Shown here piece after piece: positions 26,601 through 39,300 of a stretch of DNA of 64,000 bases. Where the stretch lies: contig NC_092674.1 of the NCBI RefSeq assembly GCF_964355755.1, positions 7,812,001 to 7,876,000 of the forward strand, read 5' to 3'. The position numbers were made by a program, and so were the translations under genes. The stretch comes from Antedon mediterranea (taxonomy: Eukaryota; Animalia; Echinodermata). Every line of letters starts with the position of its first letter. Position 1 is the stretch's first letter. A model generated the notes under the pieces. That model saw only the letters and a program-made list of their open reading frames with translations, ran no database searches and was not told the DNA's origin.

Positions 26601-29600
26601 ACCAGCCTAAATAGTTTATTGAATTGCTAACAATTACCTGATGGTGCTGTCTGTACCGTTATGTTCTCTCCCCAATTACCAGCAATCTCCATATTATTAA
26701 CAACTCGAGCGTTTATGATATAACCAGTACAACTTGATAATCCTGATAGTGTAACTTCTAAATGAGAGCTACTTGTTGTATTAACTACATCTTGTATATT
26801 TCCATTTATGTCATAGTATTGTACTTGATATCGAAGAATAGAATTACACTGGATTCGATCATAATCAGTAGAAACAGGCTGAAAATAAAATAAGAATAAT
26901 GTATGTCTTGTTTTAACAATTTTGTTCATTATTAAAAGGTAAACACCTACTTTAACAGAAATATGGCAGATAGATACAGATGAAAGCAATCTGTCTTTTA
27001 GAATCCACAAGCATCTAAATTTAACTCTGTCGATAAAATTCCAAATTAAATTATAATAAACATTTGCGCAAATATTTATGATTAATCAATTTATTAGTCG
27101 AGAAATATAAACTAGTTTCTCAATACAAGACGATTAAAAATTGACGAATACTCGGCATTTTCTCTGTGTTAAGGGATAGCTATACTGCTGGTGTCGTTTG
27201 TTTATCGTTAACCAGAATAAAAGTATATAGGCCTAACCATATTATAAATTGTATTGCTTTTTTCGATAAGATTGCCTAAAGAAAAAAAGTTTTATTTTGT
27301 TAACAAGTTATTTTGCAAACTTGTGATTACAAAATGTGATATATTATTTTAATCTTAAACGATAGCATGTTTAATATGTCTACAATAATATTAACGACAT
27401 TTTCAGAAGAAATGCATCAAAGAATACATTTAGGAAAACCTAGTGAAAGCTCTTACACGGCGTATAATTCAGAGCATAGATTAATACAGCAAACAATCAA
27501 ACCACGATGTACTATTTTTAAGACATGCATTAAGCAGATTTATGACAATAATAATTTGAAATTTACCATTAAACGTATGGAGACTTGGTGATCTTCAATG
27601 TTCTTTAACTCAATCTTGGGTTCTTCTAAAGGTTCTATATTATAGGTAATGCAATACTTGATTAGACTGAGAAACGAAATGGAATGTGTCACTAAAAGTA
27701 ATTATCAAACCCTGTATACAACAATGGAAGAGAGTCACTCCTCCCTAATAAAACAGTGTTCTTTTCTAAAAAATTACACATTGTTCTTCCGTGTATGGAA
27801 GAATAAATTGATATATTATCATAATCTTCCTTACTTTTTATTATATAATTTTAGACAAATTACAAATTATATACAAAATGCCATCATTTTCTTGTTGTAG
27901 TAACAAAGTAACTGGTAAGTTTTTCTTTTTTGGTAGGTTTTAATTTAGATCTCAAATTACTAAATTAGAGCTTACTTGTGCATATGGTGCTTGTTGATCC
28001 AAGTTCACTTCTTGGTCCATCTACCTCAGTACTACCAACCATCCTCGAAAATTGAGAGTAAAATTGAACTTGGGTATTTGGTATGAGATTATCAATGACA
28101 ATAAATACATCATTATCTGGTTCAGTTAGTGATATAAATGAATTCATTTGCGATGATTTATACGAAAGCTTCCGTTTTGTAATTGTTCCTGTTCCATAGT
28201 CTTCGCCGGGAATCCAAGTGACTTCAAACGTTAGAGTAGTTGCTGTCTGGTTTACAGTTGGAGAATCAGAGCGGTATGGTAAGGCTAATTACAAAAAAAA
28301 GACGCACTAAACATAATGTTATTCTGTTTAAAAAAATTTAAATCGAGAAGATATTAAAGAGTTTTTTGTGGAGAATGTTGTCGATAAGCAAATGTGACTG
28401 CATGGTATTAAAAGCTGAGGAAAGCAAATTTTTGCTGACATTTAAAAGCAATTCTAAATGAGAATACCAGAAATCCACTTTACACGTAACTGAAGCTTTA
28501 GTAATATGAATCGTGTACAAATGTACAGTATGCATGTTGGTTCAACATTTAGGATGTTAAATAAATTATATAACCTATAACTTTATGAGTATAACTTTAT
28601 GATATAATGTATTTTGTTACCTATGCTGCAATCAGTTCCTGCCCACGCCTCGTCACATCCATTAGGACAACTTCCATCGCTATTACAATCTGCAGAGTCT
28701 TTGCAGTGACATGGGAAATTACACAAATCACCAAAAAATCCAGGCGGACATGAAATAGGTTCTTTAAAAACAAAGTTAATGGTTTTGTGAAGTGAAACAT
28801 TTAAAAAGGCTCAATTAATGCACGTTATGCAACTCAAAAGTAAAGGAAGAAACATTTTTCTTGAAATATTTTTGTTTCTTTTTTATATTATGTTATTTAA
28901 ACTTTTTGACAAGATTTTTTCATTTGTATTAAAAGAATATTAATTAAGTAATAATTCTATTTCAGATTGTATACCGGACGGTTTATTTTGGATACTGTAC
29001 GCCGTTAAGTGTTATTTTATTGAATGATTTCGACTTCTGTGGAATTTCTATTAACTATTTTATTTTGAACGTTGGAGAAGGAAGAGTAGAATTCAATGTA
29101 ATATCAAAGAATGAAAAACAATGTGTTATGATATGATTGGTGTTTGGTATGTGGTAACTCATATTAAATAATGACAAATTTGGAAATCCAGTAAAACAAA
29201 TTAAGTAAAGATTTTAATAAATATTACTTTGATTTTAATAATTAGTTATTAATTAGGCCTAGATATCACTTTGATGTTACCGCAAGGAATGTATTTAATA
29301 ATATCGTGTTAATGCAGTGTCAATTGCAGTACCTAAACACATGTCTCCCGAGTAATCCTGCAAACATGTTGACCCGGAATTGCATCCTGTTTCATCATTA
29401 CAATCGTTAATGTCACAGTTACATTTTTGCCGACAATCTGCGCCATAGTATCCATCATCACATGCTTGAAATCATAAAATAAAATGGCAGATGAAAATAT
29501 TATCAATAAATAATACTGTAGATTGTGTTTTTTTTTTATGAATCATTTTTCTATATTTATTGTTGATATTTTTAGATATGTTATTGAAATGCTATATTTT

Positions 29601-32600
29601 ATCTTAATTTGCTACTCGGTAAGAGGGTAACACAGATGTTTAGCAATGGGGCTTTAGTTTTCTTTTGCGTTTCCTGCAACTTAGTTGTTTGCTGTTGTAT
29701 CGTTTAGTGTTGTTTACAATAAAGAATAATATACAGACGATACTGGGAATAATATTATATATTCAGAAAATGATAGTTGACCATAATATCACAATACTTT
29801 TAACAAATTAGACCTTTTGATAATATTAATTACGATATTATAAGTATATCAAAGTAACCTAATATTGTATACATTAATAGAAAACAACCAACCGTTTAAC
29901 TATACTATTCTATAATGTTCTCTTGACCTTCGCCTTGGACAAAAACATACTATTACATTCTAACCTGCCTTACAGTCTTTTCCTTTAAAACCATTAATGC
30001 ATGTACAGCCAACTGGATCAGGTGGACATAACAGAGCTCCATTGCAATTTGTTGAACCACACCTATTACTGCACTCATGACCCCAGTAATTTTTATCAAG
30101 ACAACCTTTAAACAAACAGTTTAAGATTTGGTATACAAATGTTGTATATACTAAATGCAAATGCAAATTCAAAAAGTAAGATCTACCAGAAATATTATTG
30201 TTCCATTGAAAATAATAGATAAAATGGGATATTCAAATATATAATATATCATTAAAAGTTGAATAAGTAACGCATACCTTGTTGTTTATCTATCAGTTGC
30301 ACTTATGTGACATGATGTTTGAATGTTGCCGCAATGGTCATAGATTAATATACGTTTTATAATGACGTACATTATTTTCGTATAAACGAATAATTCATCC
30401 AATTGCACTATGCAACATTTCTATAACTGTACTTTTTTTACTATTTTGTTTTGATGAAAATAGTCTTTTTGCAAACAACGTTGAACGAAATAACAGAAGT
30501 AAGCACTTCCGTCTGTATCATCTCTCATTTCTTTACATTATATATGCGCTATATAAGAATGAACTATTTTTATTATTATTCTATAGGACTTTTATTTGAA
30601 CCAACCAGAGAAGGTTTCATGTTCTATCAAATCCTGTTTCAGAATTTATTTATTTTTTACATTTGATATTTATACTGAAAGGCAACCAGCAATTTTTTTA
30701 ACATAAATTAACATCAACCAATCAAAAGTTATAGCAATACTATGCCTATGATTAATCATTTATTTTAACATTAATTATTGTTTGTGGTTACCAGTTTTAC
30801 AAGCATCGCCTTTGAATCCTGCTGGACAAATACAGACACCCGTCTTATCGTCACACACTCCGCCATTATAACATACCGGACAGTTCATTTCACAGTCTGG
30901 AGGATTCCATTTTGGTGAAGGACAAGCTATTAATTAGAATTAGTAAAATAAAATAATAACTTTTACGGTAAATATTTGCAGTGGTTAGGCTAATTTATGG
31001 GGTCAACGTTGTTATATTTATATACTTTGAAAAATATTCAGTATACACAAATTTATTTCTAAATGTTAACTTGATTGACATTGTGCAAGTCTTGAGTTTC
31101 ATCGATCAAATAGTTTACAATTAAATCTAGGCTTTTTATTGTATTCGGTCATTTGTTAAAGAGGTGGATAATTGCTGATTAACGAAAACAATTTCATAAA
31201 AAAAAATCTCTAGACATACCTCTAACAATAAGTCTCATGATACCATGGTTACCATCCGGACTATCACCTGTATAACATTCATATACGCCATCATCTTTTC
31301 TTCGTATGTTTTCAATCATAGCAGACGTATTACCCTTCAGATTGTGTATTTCCTCACCGTAATTATGTCTCCAACGTAAATCGTTAAGATTACCAACTTT
31401 ACTGAGGTTGATAGTGACAGACTCTCCAATGCTAACTGTTATCGTTCTATACTCCATTTCAATAATGGCTGAAGAATGATAATACATATATGAAAAAATA
31501 AAAGGAAAGCCCTCATAAAATCAATATTAAAAGGTGGTCTAAATATGGTACATTTTAACACAATGATTAATTCATTAAACCTTTGTTGGATTAAGCGATT
31601 ACTAAGCCCTGATCCGGGTAAATGTGTACCAAAACACTATATGTATTTAATTATACTATTAATACTAGTGAAAGGCATCTAGAACTGTTAAAATGTATGC
31701 CTGAATTTTATAAAGCAATGGTTCAAGTAGTAGAAGTGTATTTTAACAACATAAGTATGGCATACCCACAAAATGTAAACGAATTAGAAACACAACATTT
31801 GTGGGAAAATGCCTTTATAAAATGTAGTGGGAAAACATACTTCAAAAGTATAGGTTACAGACAGGTTATAAAACAATAAAAGATAAAAATAACATGGACT
31901 AATTTAATACTCCACACTTGTAAAGGCACTTCCCTCGAATTGGAAGAAAATAATTATAAGCAAAGTAAAAGTATTTAACAATTTTTTTATAAGCATTATA
32001 AATGATATATCTATTATTCCATCTTGTCAATCGAAATGGGAAACAGAATTTAGAAATATAAATTTTAAGTAGAAAGAACTATGGTATCAAAAAAGTATAT
32101 AGCATGAATCATGGAATAAAAGTAGATGTAAGCGTAAGCAACGCATGAATAAAATAAAAAAATCTTGATTTGTATGAACATTTCCAGAACGAAATTGAGA
32201 CAGATGAACACAATAATGCTTTTTAATGTAAAAGCATCCAATAAGTATTGACAAAATCAACAACATGATTGTAAAATGATAAATAAATCTAAAGGAAAAT
32301 AACTGGAAAAAATGACAAAAGATTATCAAATCAATCAAGTATTTTTGTTATTCATCATCATAAATATGAGAATAACATCGTGACCTAACTCACCAGAATC
32401 GGATGTCAATACAATTGCTGAATGTGTGATTACACCATTTTTCTTTGCTTCAAATGAAAATACACCAACTCGTTCAACCTGTGTTGGTAAGGAAACACCT
32501 AGCAACGCATGCAGACTGTGTACTCTGTATCTAATTGAGCAACTTGTTGGAAATATTTTATTGCTTGGCATATTTCTTGTTCTTTCATTTTTAGTATTGC

Positions 32601-33712
32601 CATCCGTATACGGTCCAGTATCATCCCAAGTCACGTTGTCTTTCCCATCGATATTCTTGTATAATATTCCAACTGACAAATCTCTAATGTCTTTGTCGTC
32701 GTCAAGAGTGTATCCTCGAAACTCACTATTGAGATTTCCAACCAGTGGTGTTCCAGAAAATGTTGTTATATCTAATGGCTCTTAAATAAAGAAAACAAAA
32801 TTAAGGATGATGTTATTAAGATATTGAAGTAGAATATGATGATAAATAACCGGCACACGGTGAATTTAATTTTTCTGATCTGCTATGGAATGTGCCCATC
32901 CGCTATTAATCACCAGTTTGTGCTACGCCCCCTTGACATGCTAAGAATACTGTGAAATAACATAAGTGAAATCAATTGGTTAACATTTATTCGTCTTCTC
33001 TATTTAAAACGATTAGTACACATGCAATTTTAGTGAAACCAAGATCTAAATTACGGAACTTCTGTAAAGAAAGAATTAGCCTAAGTAGCCTAAGTTGATT
33101 ACCGCGAGGATTAACTATTTATTAGTGTATAGAGTATGTTTCCTCATGCATGGCTTGACGTTGTATCAGTACAGTAAAATATATATCAGTGTACACTTAA
33201 CAATATAATCATAAAAGAACAAATAATACAGCTTATTCGATTGTGTTGGTACTGACGTATCTCAGCTGTATCGGAGTAGGCCTAAGACTTGAATAGGCTA
33301 TTATATATTCAGTAGAAACGCAATGAAGCACATTAAATTCTAAAGTTTTTTATTGTGATTTTTTAGACTTCAGTAGAAACACACCCTATACAATCTTTTA
33401 TATTTACCAGTAGAGTGACCACTTATTTTGGCTTCATTCAACACGCGCATCTCTCTCATTATGTTTGAAAAACATCGGTGGTATACCTTCCCATCCCTGA
33501 ACAACTAAATGTAAACTGTATGCTTGCGTACATTGTACGTCAACCTTTGTTTTATTCATGTAGGATCAACATAATATCAATGAATAAAATTACAGAACAC
33601 CGAATTTAAACAATGTATAAACTAAGTACATACCTGAGGAGAATCCGGAATGAAACGTCATAGACAGAGCTAGTATCAAGTAGAACGAGTTTGTAAAACG
33701 TTCAGCCAACAT
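17694..33712 (-). CDS. Gene B: receptor-type protein tyrosine phosphatase with Tie-like ectodomain (SP-Ig-Ig-EGFx4-FN3x3-TM-PTP D1-PTP D2), 28 exons
   Basis: Ectodomain exons: 33712-33634, 32780-32394, 31468-31220, 30926-30792, 30105-29965, 29464-29333, 28761-28621, 28284-27976, 27634-27567, 26878-26638, 26441-26160. TM: 26003-25919 ([24 protein letters not shown]). Juxtamembrane: 25697-25600, 25464-25205. D1: 24943-24856 (KNRY), 24692-24616 (DYINAS), 24317-24281, 24113-24016, 23823-23701 (KCEQYWP), 21877-21711 (WPD), 21508-21373 ([10 protein letters not shown]), 20787-20650. D2: 20244-20145, 19865-19792, 19534-19277, 18850-18702, 18298-18163 (HCLDGVCRSG), 17765-17694 (VQYNFCY...EYVNV*). Phases are compatible. 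Confidence 0.9.
20320..20610. mobile_element. Degenerate Kolobok-like MITE
   Basis: Right end GGGGACAATACATCT matches the TIR of 49362-49913; left end TTAAAGATGT is partial. Confidence 0.5.
21105..21218 (+). mobile_element. Short HINE (Helentron-associated element)
   Basis: Sub-terminal inverted repeats AGTCGCGTGC/GCACGCGACT, (GTCG)n microsatellite, 3' GGCCTTGTT; matches 41889-42007. Confidence 0.75.
22090..23622 (+). mobile_element. Non-autonomous Helitron in a PTP-D1 intron
   Basis: 5' end A|TCTATATATAAA; 3' hairpin CTAGATGGTACGC...GCGTACCATCTAG|T. Contains a tandem duplication of about 240 bp. A second inverted copy ends at 45911. Confidence 0.75.
22751..23229 (+). repeat. Two-copy tandem repeat (about 240 bp unit) inside the Helitron
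   Basis: GAGTAGGCCCTACTGTTATA...GTGGTATATTATTTTATAGGCCT occurs twice in tandem. Confidence 0.85.
31500..32338 (+). mobile_element. Degenerate LINE 3' fragment (L1/Tx1-like) in intron 2 of gene B
   Basis: [13 protein letters not shown]...PEFYKAM...LWENAFIK...KWE resembles the post-RT region of L1/Tx1 ORF2; the sequence is absent from paralogous introns. Confidence 0.55.
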
Positions 33713-33916
33713 CTCTCCACTAAAGTCCACACACCTTCTTGTGTACAGAGAATGAGAAGGTGGTTAGTTCTAGCAGTGGTACCTTATTAAGTGTCTGAAA
33801 TTCAATATTCGGTTGGTATGCCGTGGTATACTTAACAAGGTAAAGCAATGAAGTTAACAGTCGCATTAGTAAATCTATTCTTAACAACAACAGACCTATC
33901 TCTCCCAATACAAATT

Positions 33917-33968
33917 GTTTCCTTGTTTATTTAGGTGTCGGTATATTAACCCATGACCCCTTTATCTT
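33917..33968 (-). promoter_or_regulatory. Conserved upstream block of gene B
   Basis: Same block as 14168-14218, about 200 bp upstream of the ATG. Confidence 0.5.
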
Positions 33969-36342
33969 ATAGTAATCGTAACTATTTCCTCATAGGCTAA
34001 AACCGGTACTAAAAGTTGAATAGCTATACAATCTATTTTAAAAAACAACTCGTAGAGAACAGAAACATTATAATGAATAGCAGAGGAAGAAAAAGGAGGA
34101 CCAGGGAGTGAGGTGGGAAGGGGTAGACATGTACATTACATCCCAACTGTTCACGTTTGAAAGCACTGAATATTATATTGTTTTTTGCTTTATTCACCAA
34201 CATTATTTGGATAGGTAGTGCTGTTATGACAACGAATATCATAACACGATATCACTACTTCAGGCCCATCATAACCAGGAGTTTTATAAGGTGCTTAAGA
34301 CGGGTCTTTCCCAAAAGTTAGGGTTAATTTAAGAGTTATTCAGCGAAGCATATGAGGAAATAATTTTAATTTCAAAATTAAATGACGTGGATTGAACCTT
34401 GGTGTTTAAATAAAGAGATCCGTTTTGTATTGTTGACATTTGTGACGATATGCTTCAATGAATAATATATTATAATAGAAATAGACCTTCCTTTTAAACT
34501 ATCACAGGCCACAACTGAATCCTGATTGGTATCCTAGATGATAGAATAATTATAGGTAATTAATACAGTATGCAATATTTTTAGGGTTTATATTCATGAA
34601 TATTTCACATTTCATTGATATTAGGCCTATATACAAACTGCCAAACTTTTGGGATTACACCAATGTATCATTGTTCACTTCAAACCGTATGAACCTTGGT
34701 TTAAATAAATATGTTACAATTAAATTATTTCTATATGGTTGAAGTTGTTATGTTTTTTTAATTTGATAATACCAGGGTTCTGATAATCTTACTCATTAAT
34801 TTTCACAAAATATATTTCATAATGCTATCCAAGTGGTCTTTTAAAATATTGTATTTTAATAAACTGTTTAAAATACGTTGGTTCAAGAATAATAATAGAC
34901 CCACATAGTTTTCATCATTTTGTAGAGCTATTCATTGTCAAAGCACTTTACACGTGTAGGCACAGATAACAATTGATGTATGTTTTTGTATGATAATAGG
35001 CAAAAAAGTGTCGACGGTTCCTTTACGCGAGTTATCCGAGAGATTCAACAACCTGTATAAATAATGTAACTTAGGCCCTACCGTACTGTTCATGAGTTTC
35101 TTCTAACTGTTAGCATGGACCAACGATACATGTTGATAGTAGGCCTACTTCTTCCGTTTGTTGTTCTTGTTGTTACCACACGTTCATTCTATCCGTCAGT
35201 CTCATTATACAAACAGCTTCTTTTACCAGTCTGCATCATTACTTCTTGTTTTAGGCCTATATTGTATAAAACGTTTCACTACCTGTCATTACTGCTCCTG
35301 TTGTTGGTGACTGTTGAGTTGGCTTGAGTTCTTGATCCATTCATTTGCATATGTGGTCAAACCAGGTGATTGGTAAACGCCGAGAACACAACATGTTTTG
35401 CTTTGTGAAGATTTTGAATTGGTGGTTGATAACTCTTTCTGTATTTCCTTTTTTTTTCAGAATATAAATTATTGATTTTTGCAAGCAACACAAAATAATA
35501 GTTAAATCACTAATCAGACGAAGACGGATGCAAATAAAAACATATATTAAAGTAAACAAATATAGTATTTTTGAAACCCACGGATACAGAATAAATTATA
35601 AACCGCCCGGTGATATCTGAATATTAATTAATTAATACATTTGAAACATATATAATTACATATTTAATTTGCATAAATTTAAATTTAATTAAAAAGTAAA
35701 TTATGGTATGAAAAACAACATTCTCACATTCAAGCCAATTTAAAAGTGTATGAAATATACATTGTCACCCTGGAAAAAACCATTTAAATATATTAATTAT
35801 AATATTAATTTAAAGTTGAAAAAAATTGAATTAAAAAATAATTAAAGAGTCAATGGGTTTCAATGCAAAAATCAACTCAAAACGTAAAATTCAAAAAATA
35901 TTAAAAAACCTTAATACTAATTTTAAAACTCAATTACATAATTGTTAGTTAAAGTTGATGTACTGCTTTTAAATCACTATGTAATATTTAAGATGTTTTA
36001 TGAACTGAATAATTGTTGTATTAATGATATTTATAATAATCGGCATTTGCCTATTTCCTGATAATTTCTATTCTCTCTTTTAGATATTTAGTTAACAATT
36101 AATAAAAAAAAAGATTGATTTTCTCCAACTAGGACAATCAAAAACGAGTTGACTAATGATAAGTGACAGGTCGGATGATCTATCGCTTGTGATTGGTAAA
36201 CAAACAATGTATTTACAATCACATTTTTTTTTTAAATGATTAGTTATAACTGTCGACTTGATTAATTTTTTTGTTGGTACTGTATTTACATATTTTTTTT
36301 TCTCTACACAGAAAACTCAATTGTTTTATATTCTTATATTCT

Positions 36343-39300
36343 TCATTTTTGAAATGTATTATCATAAACATGATCCGGTACAGGTTGAGTGTCAGGCTGG
36401 GTGTTTGCGTACAAGTGTTCACCAGCACCTGTAACTGTAGGCTTAATACCTTCATATTCACTTTCTTTATATTTTTTAGACAAACTTTGATAATCTGTAT
36501 CTATGGCGCAAACATTTTGTTGAGTAGTAGATACTTTATCAACGTCTTTATCAACGTCTTTATCAACGTCTTTTTCTGACTGATTTCTAAATCTAAAATG
36601 AACAAATGTACCGTAGTTAATAATAGTCCATCATCGCAAAGGGCTTTTTTTCAGAAATGATTTGATCGTAATGTTCTGTATATATCATTGTCTAATTTCT
36701 TTACCATAGTAAGAGTATAACATTAAACACATAAATTACTTTACTTTAGAGTAATACTTTACCGTTTAGAAACCGTCAAGGTGACAGCAACTGTGATAAC
36801 TGTCCAAAGTATTGAGCCAATTACAACTCCTATGACGTAACCTGAAAATAGGATATTTTATCGTTTTTGAAATTATCATTTGAAATTGTTTTACTCATGT
36901 TGAATTTTCTAAACGAAACACTACATACAGTTTCTTTACGAAAGGTCTAGTTTCTAAGCAATTATTTCTTTAACATTTAACAGTTATAACATATCTATAA
37001 AGCTATTACGAAAGCCCAATCTTAATCCAAAAGCAAAATAGAAAAATACACACCTTGAATATTCTGGTTTTTGTTTGGTGATTCACAATATGTCCCTAAC
37101 CTAAATTTCGTTGTGTCAGATGTACCTTCAACGTTTAAATATGATGCTGATACTGTGAATGTATATTCTATATTACAGGACTCAATTCCGCCAAACACAA
37201 CTTCCGTTTCTGTTGTAGTTTCTTGCTGAAGTATTCCACCTGACAGTTCATAATGGTAGGTCACCTGATAGTCTGAGATGTCACATGTAGAAGCGTTCCA
37301 TTTTATCTGCAAATGTGTTCCATTTGTGAATGGATTGCTTTGTATCGATGGTTCTATTATTAGAACAGAGAATAAATATAACTATTTGAAATAATACTGA
37401 AAATGTTGTAGTGTAATGTTCTTTTTCAATTTAGATAAACACACTAAATATAGCATTTACTTTATATTTATAAGAAAATAGCATTTAAAATATAACATAA
37501 TATATAATTTCAAATAAAATGGACTATTGTAAGACATACTTAATCGGAACTTAAATATAGCTAATCGTTACCTGATGGCGATGTGTGTACCATCATATCT
37601 TTTCCCCAATTACCAGCAATCTCAAAGTCATTAACAACTCGAGCGTTTACGACATATTCAGTACAACTTGATAATCCTGATAGTTCAACTTCTAATTGAG
37701 AACTACTTGTTGTGTTGACAACATCTTGTATATTTCCATCTATTTCTGAGTATTGCACTTGATATTGAAGAATAGAGTTACACTGAATTCGTTCAGGAGC
37801 ACTAGAAACCGCCTGAATATAATTATAATCAAAATATTTATATCAATAAAAATTCTTTATCAGGAGGTTAAAGAAATAAATAAAAAAGAATAATTATGTT
37901 ATTTTCATTAATTTGGAAACTGTTTTTTTTTTAACTAATTCGTGTTATATCAAGGGAAGAGTAACAATTTCCATAGTCCCACCGGGCGGTTTAAGATTCC
38001 CGTTTCTGCTTGATCTCTGTTGCATCGGTATATTTCAGCAAAGCTGCGTAAGAAAAATGATCAAAAAATAAAATAAAAACATTTTGAAATTTACCGTTAA
38101 ACTTATAGTGACCTCGTGATCCACAATGTTCTTAAACGCAACCTTAGGTTCTTCTAACGGTTCTATATCATAATCAATGCAATAAATGATTAGAACTGAG
38201 CGCATAGAAACGAAATATAATTATACTGTCACTTCAAAACATAGGATTATAGATTAATCCATGTATAAAGAACAATTACACAATGTATCTACTTTCATCT
38301 ATAAACCATTTAAAGATTAAATTGATATTCATTAATATTTATTATTATTATAAATGTTTTGAAGTATATTTGCATATTGAAAATGTATTAGTAATACAAA
38401 ATGTATTTGAAAATATTTTTCAAAAATGAATCAATTGATGATATTAAAAAAAAACAACAAATATTGATGCTACATTTAAAAGCTTACACAAAATATTCTT
38501 AATTGGTTGATTGTTATAATATTTATTCGGTCATCAATGTAAAAATAACCAGGAATGAGAATAGGCTAAAGCCCAAACAGATTCTGCACTCACTCCATAC
38601 AGTACAATCAGTTAAAGATAAAACCATATACAAGAAAAATACAAATAAATTATACATAACATGAAATATAGTGTTTTGTTAGAGCAGCCTTAAATATTGA
38701 AATTGTTTGTGAATCTTTTATGTCATTTGGTATTTGCTCCCATAGTCTAGGAAAGGAAACAAATACAGAATTGTGAAAAGTATTGCCTTTCGAATTCCAA
38801 CGTAAAAGCCTACCCGGACATCTTTCACTAGTTTTAATATACTCATTGAAAGAATGGGGACAGTAACCTTTCAACACCTTAAATCTTAATGAAAGTCTAT
38901 GTAATTTAAACAAGTCATCAATAGATAATAATTCAAGCACTTTCAACCTATGAAAATAAAGATGTGTCCCAGGAAACAATTACTGATAAATGTGTTGGTA
39001 GGGTCTGAATTCGATCTGAAATGATACGTTACTACCGGTACTATACTTACTAGTACATATGGTGCTCGTTTGTCCAAGTGCACTTCTTGGTCCATCTACC
39101 TCAATACCACCAACCATTCTCGAAAATTTAGAGTAGAATTGAACTTGAGTATTTGGGATGAGATTATCAATAAAAATAAATAAATCATTATCTAGTTTAA
39201 CTATAGAGGTAAATGAATCCATCTCCGATGATTTATACAAAAGCTTCCGTTTTGTAATTGTTCCTGTTCCAGAGTCTTCGCCGGGAATCCAAGTGACGTC

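Noticed and set aside
33720-33908. Duplicated 62-aa ORF (also 46508-46696) as a conserved small protein
   Set aside because: It has a non-ATG start, lies in the recently duplicated B/C upstream region, and is not preserved in A or D.
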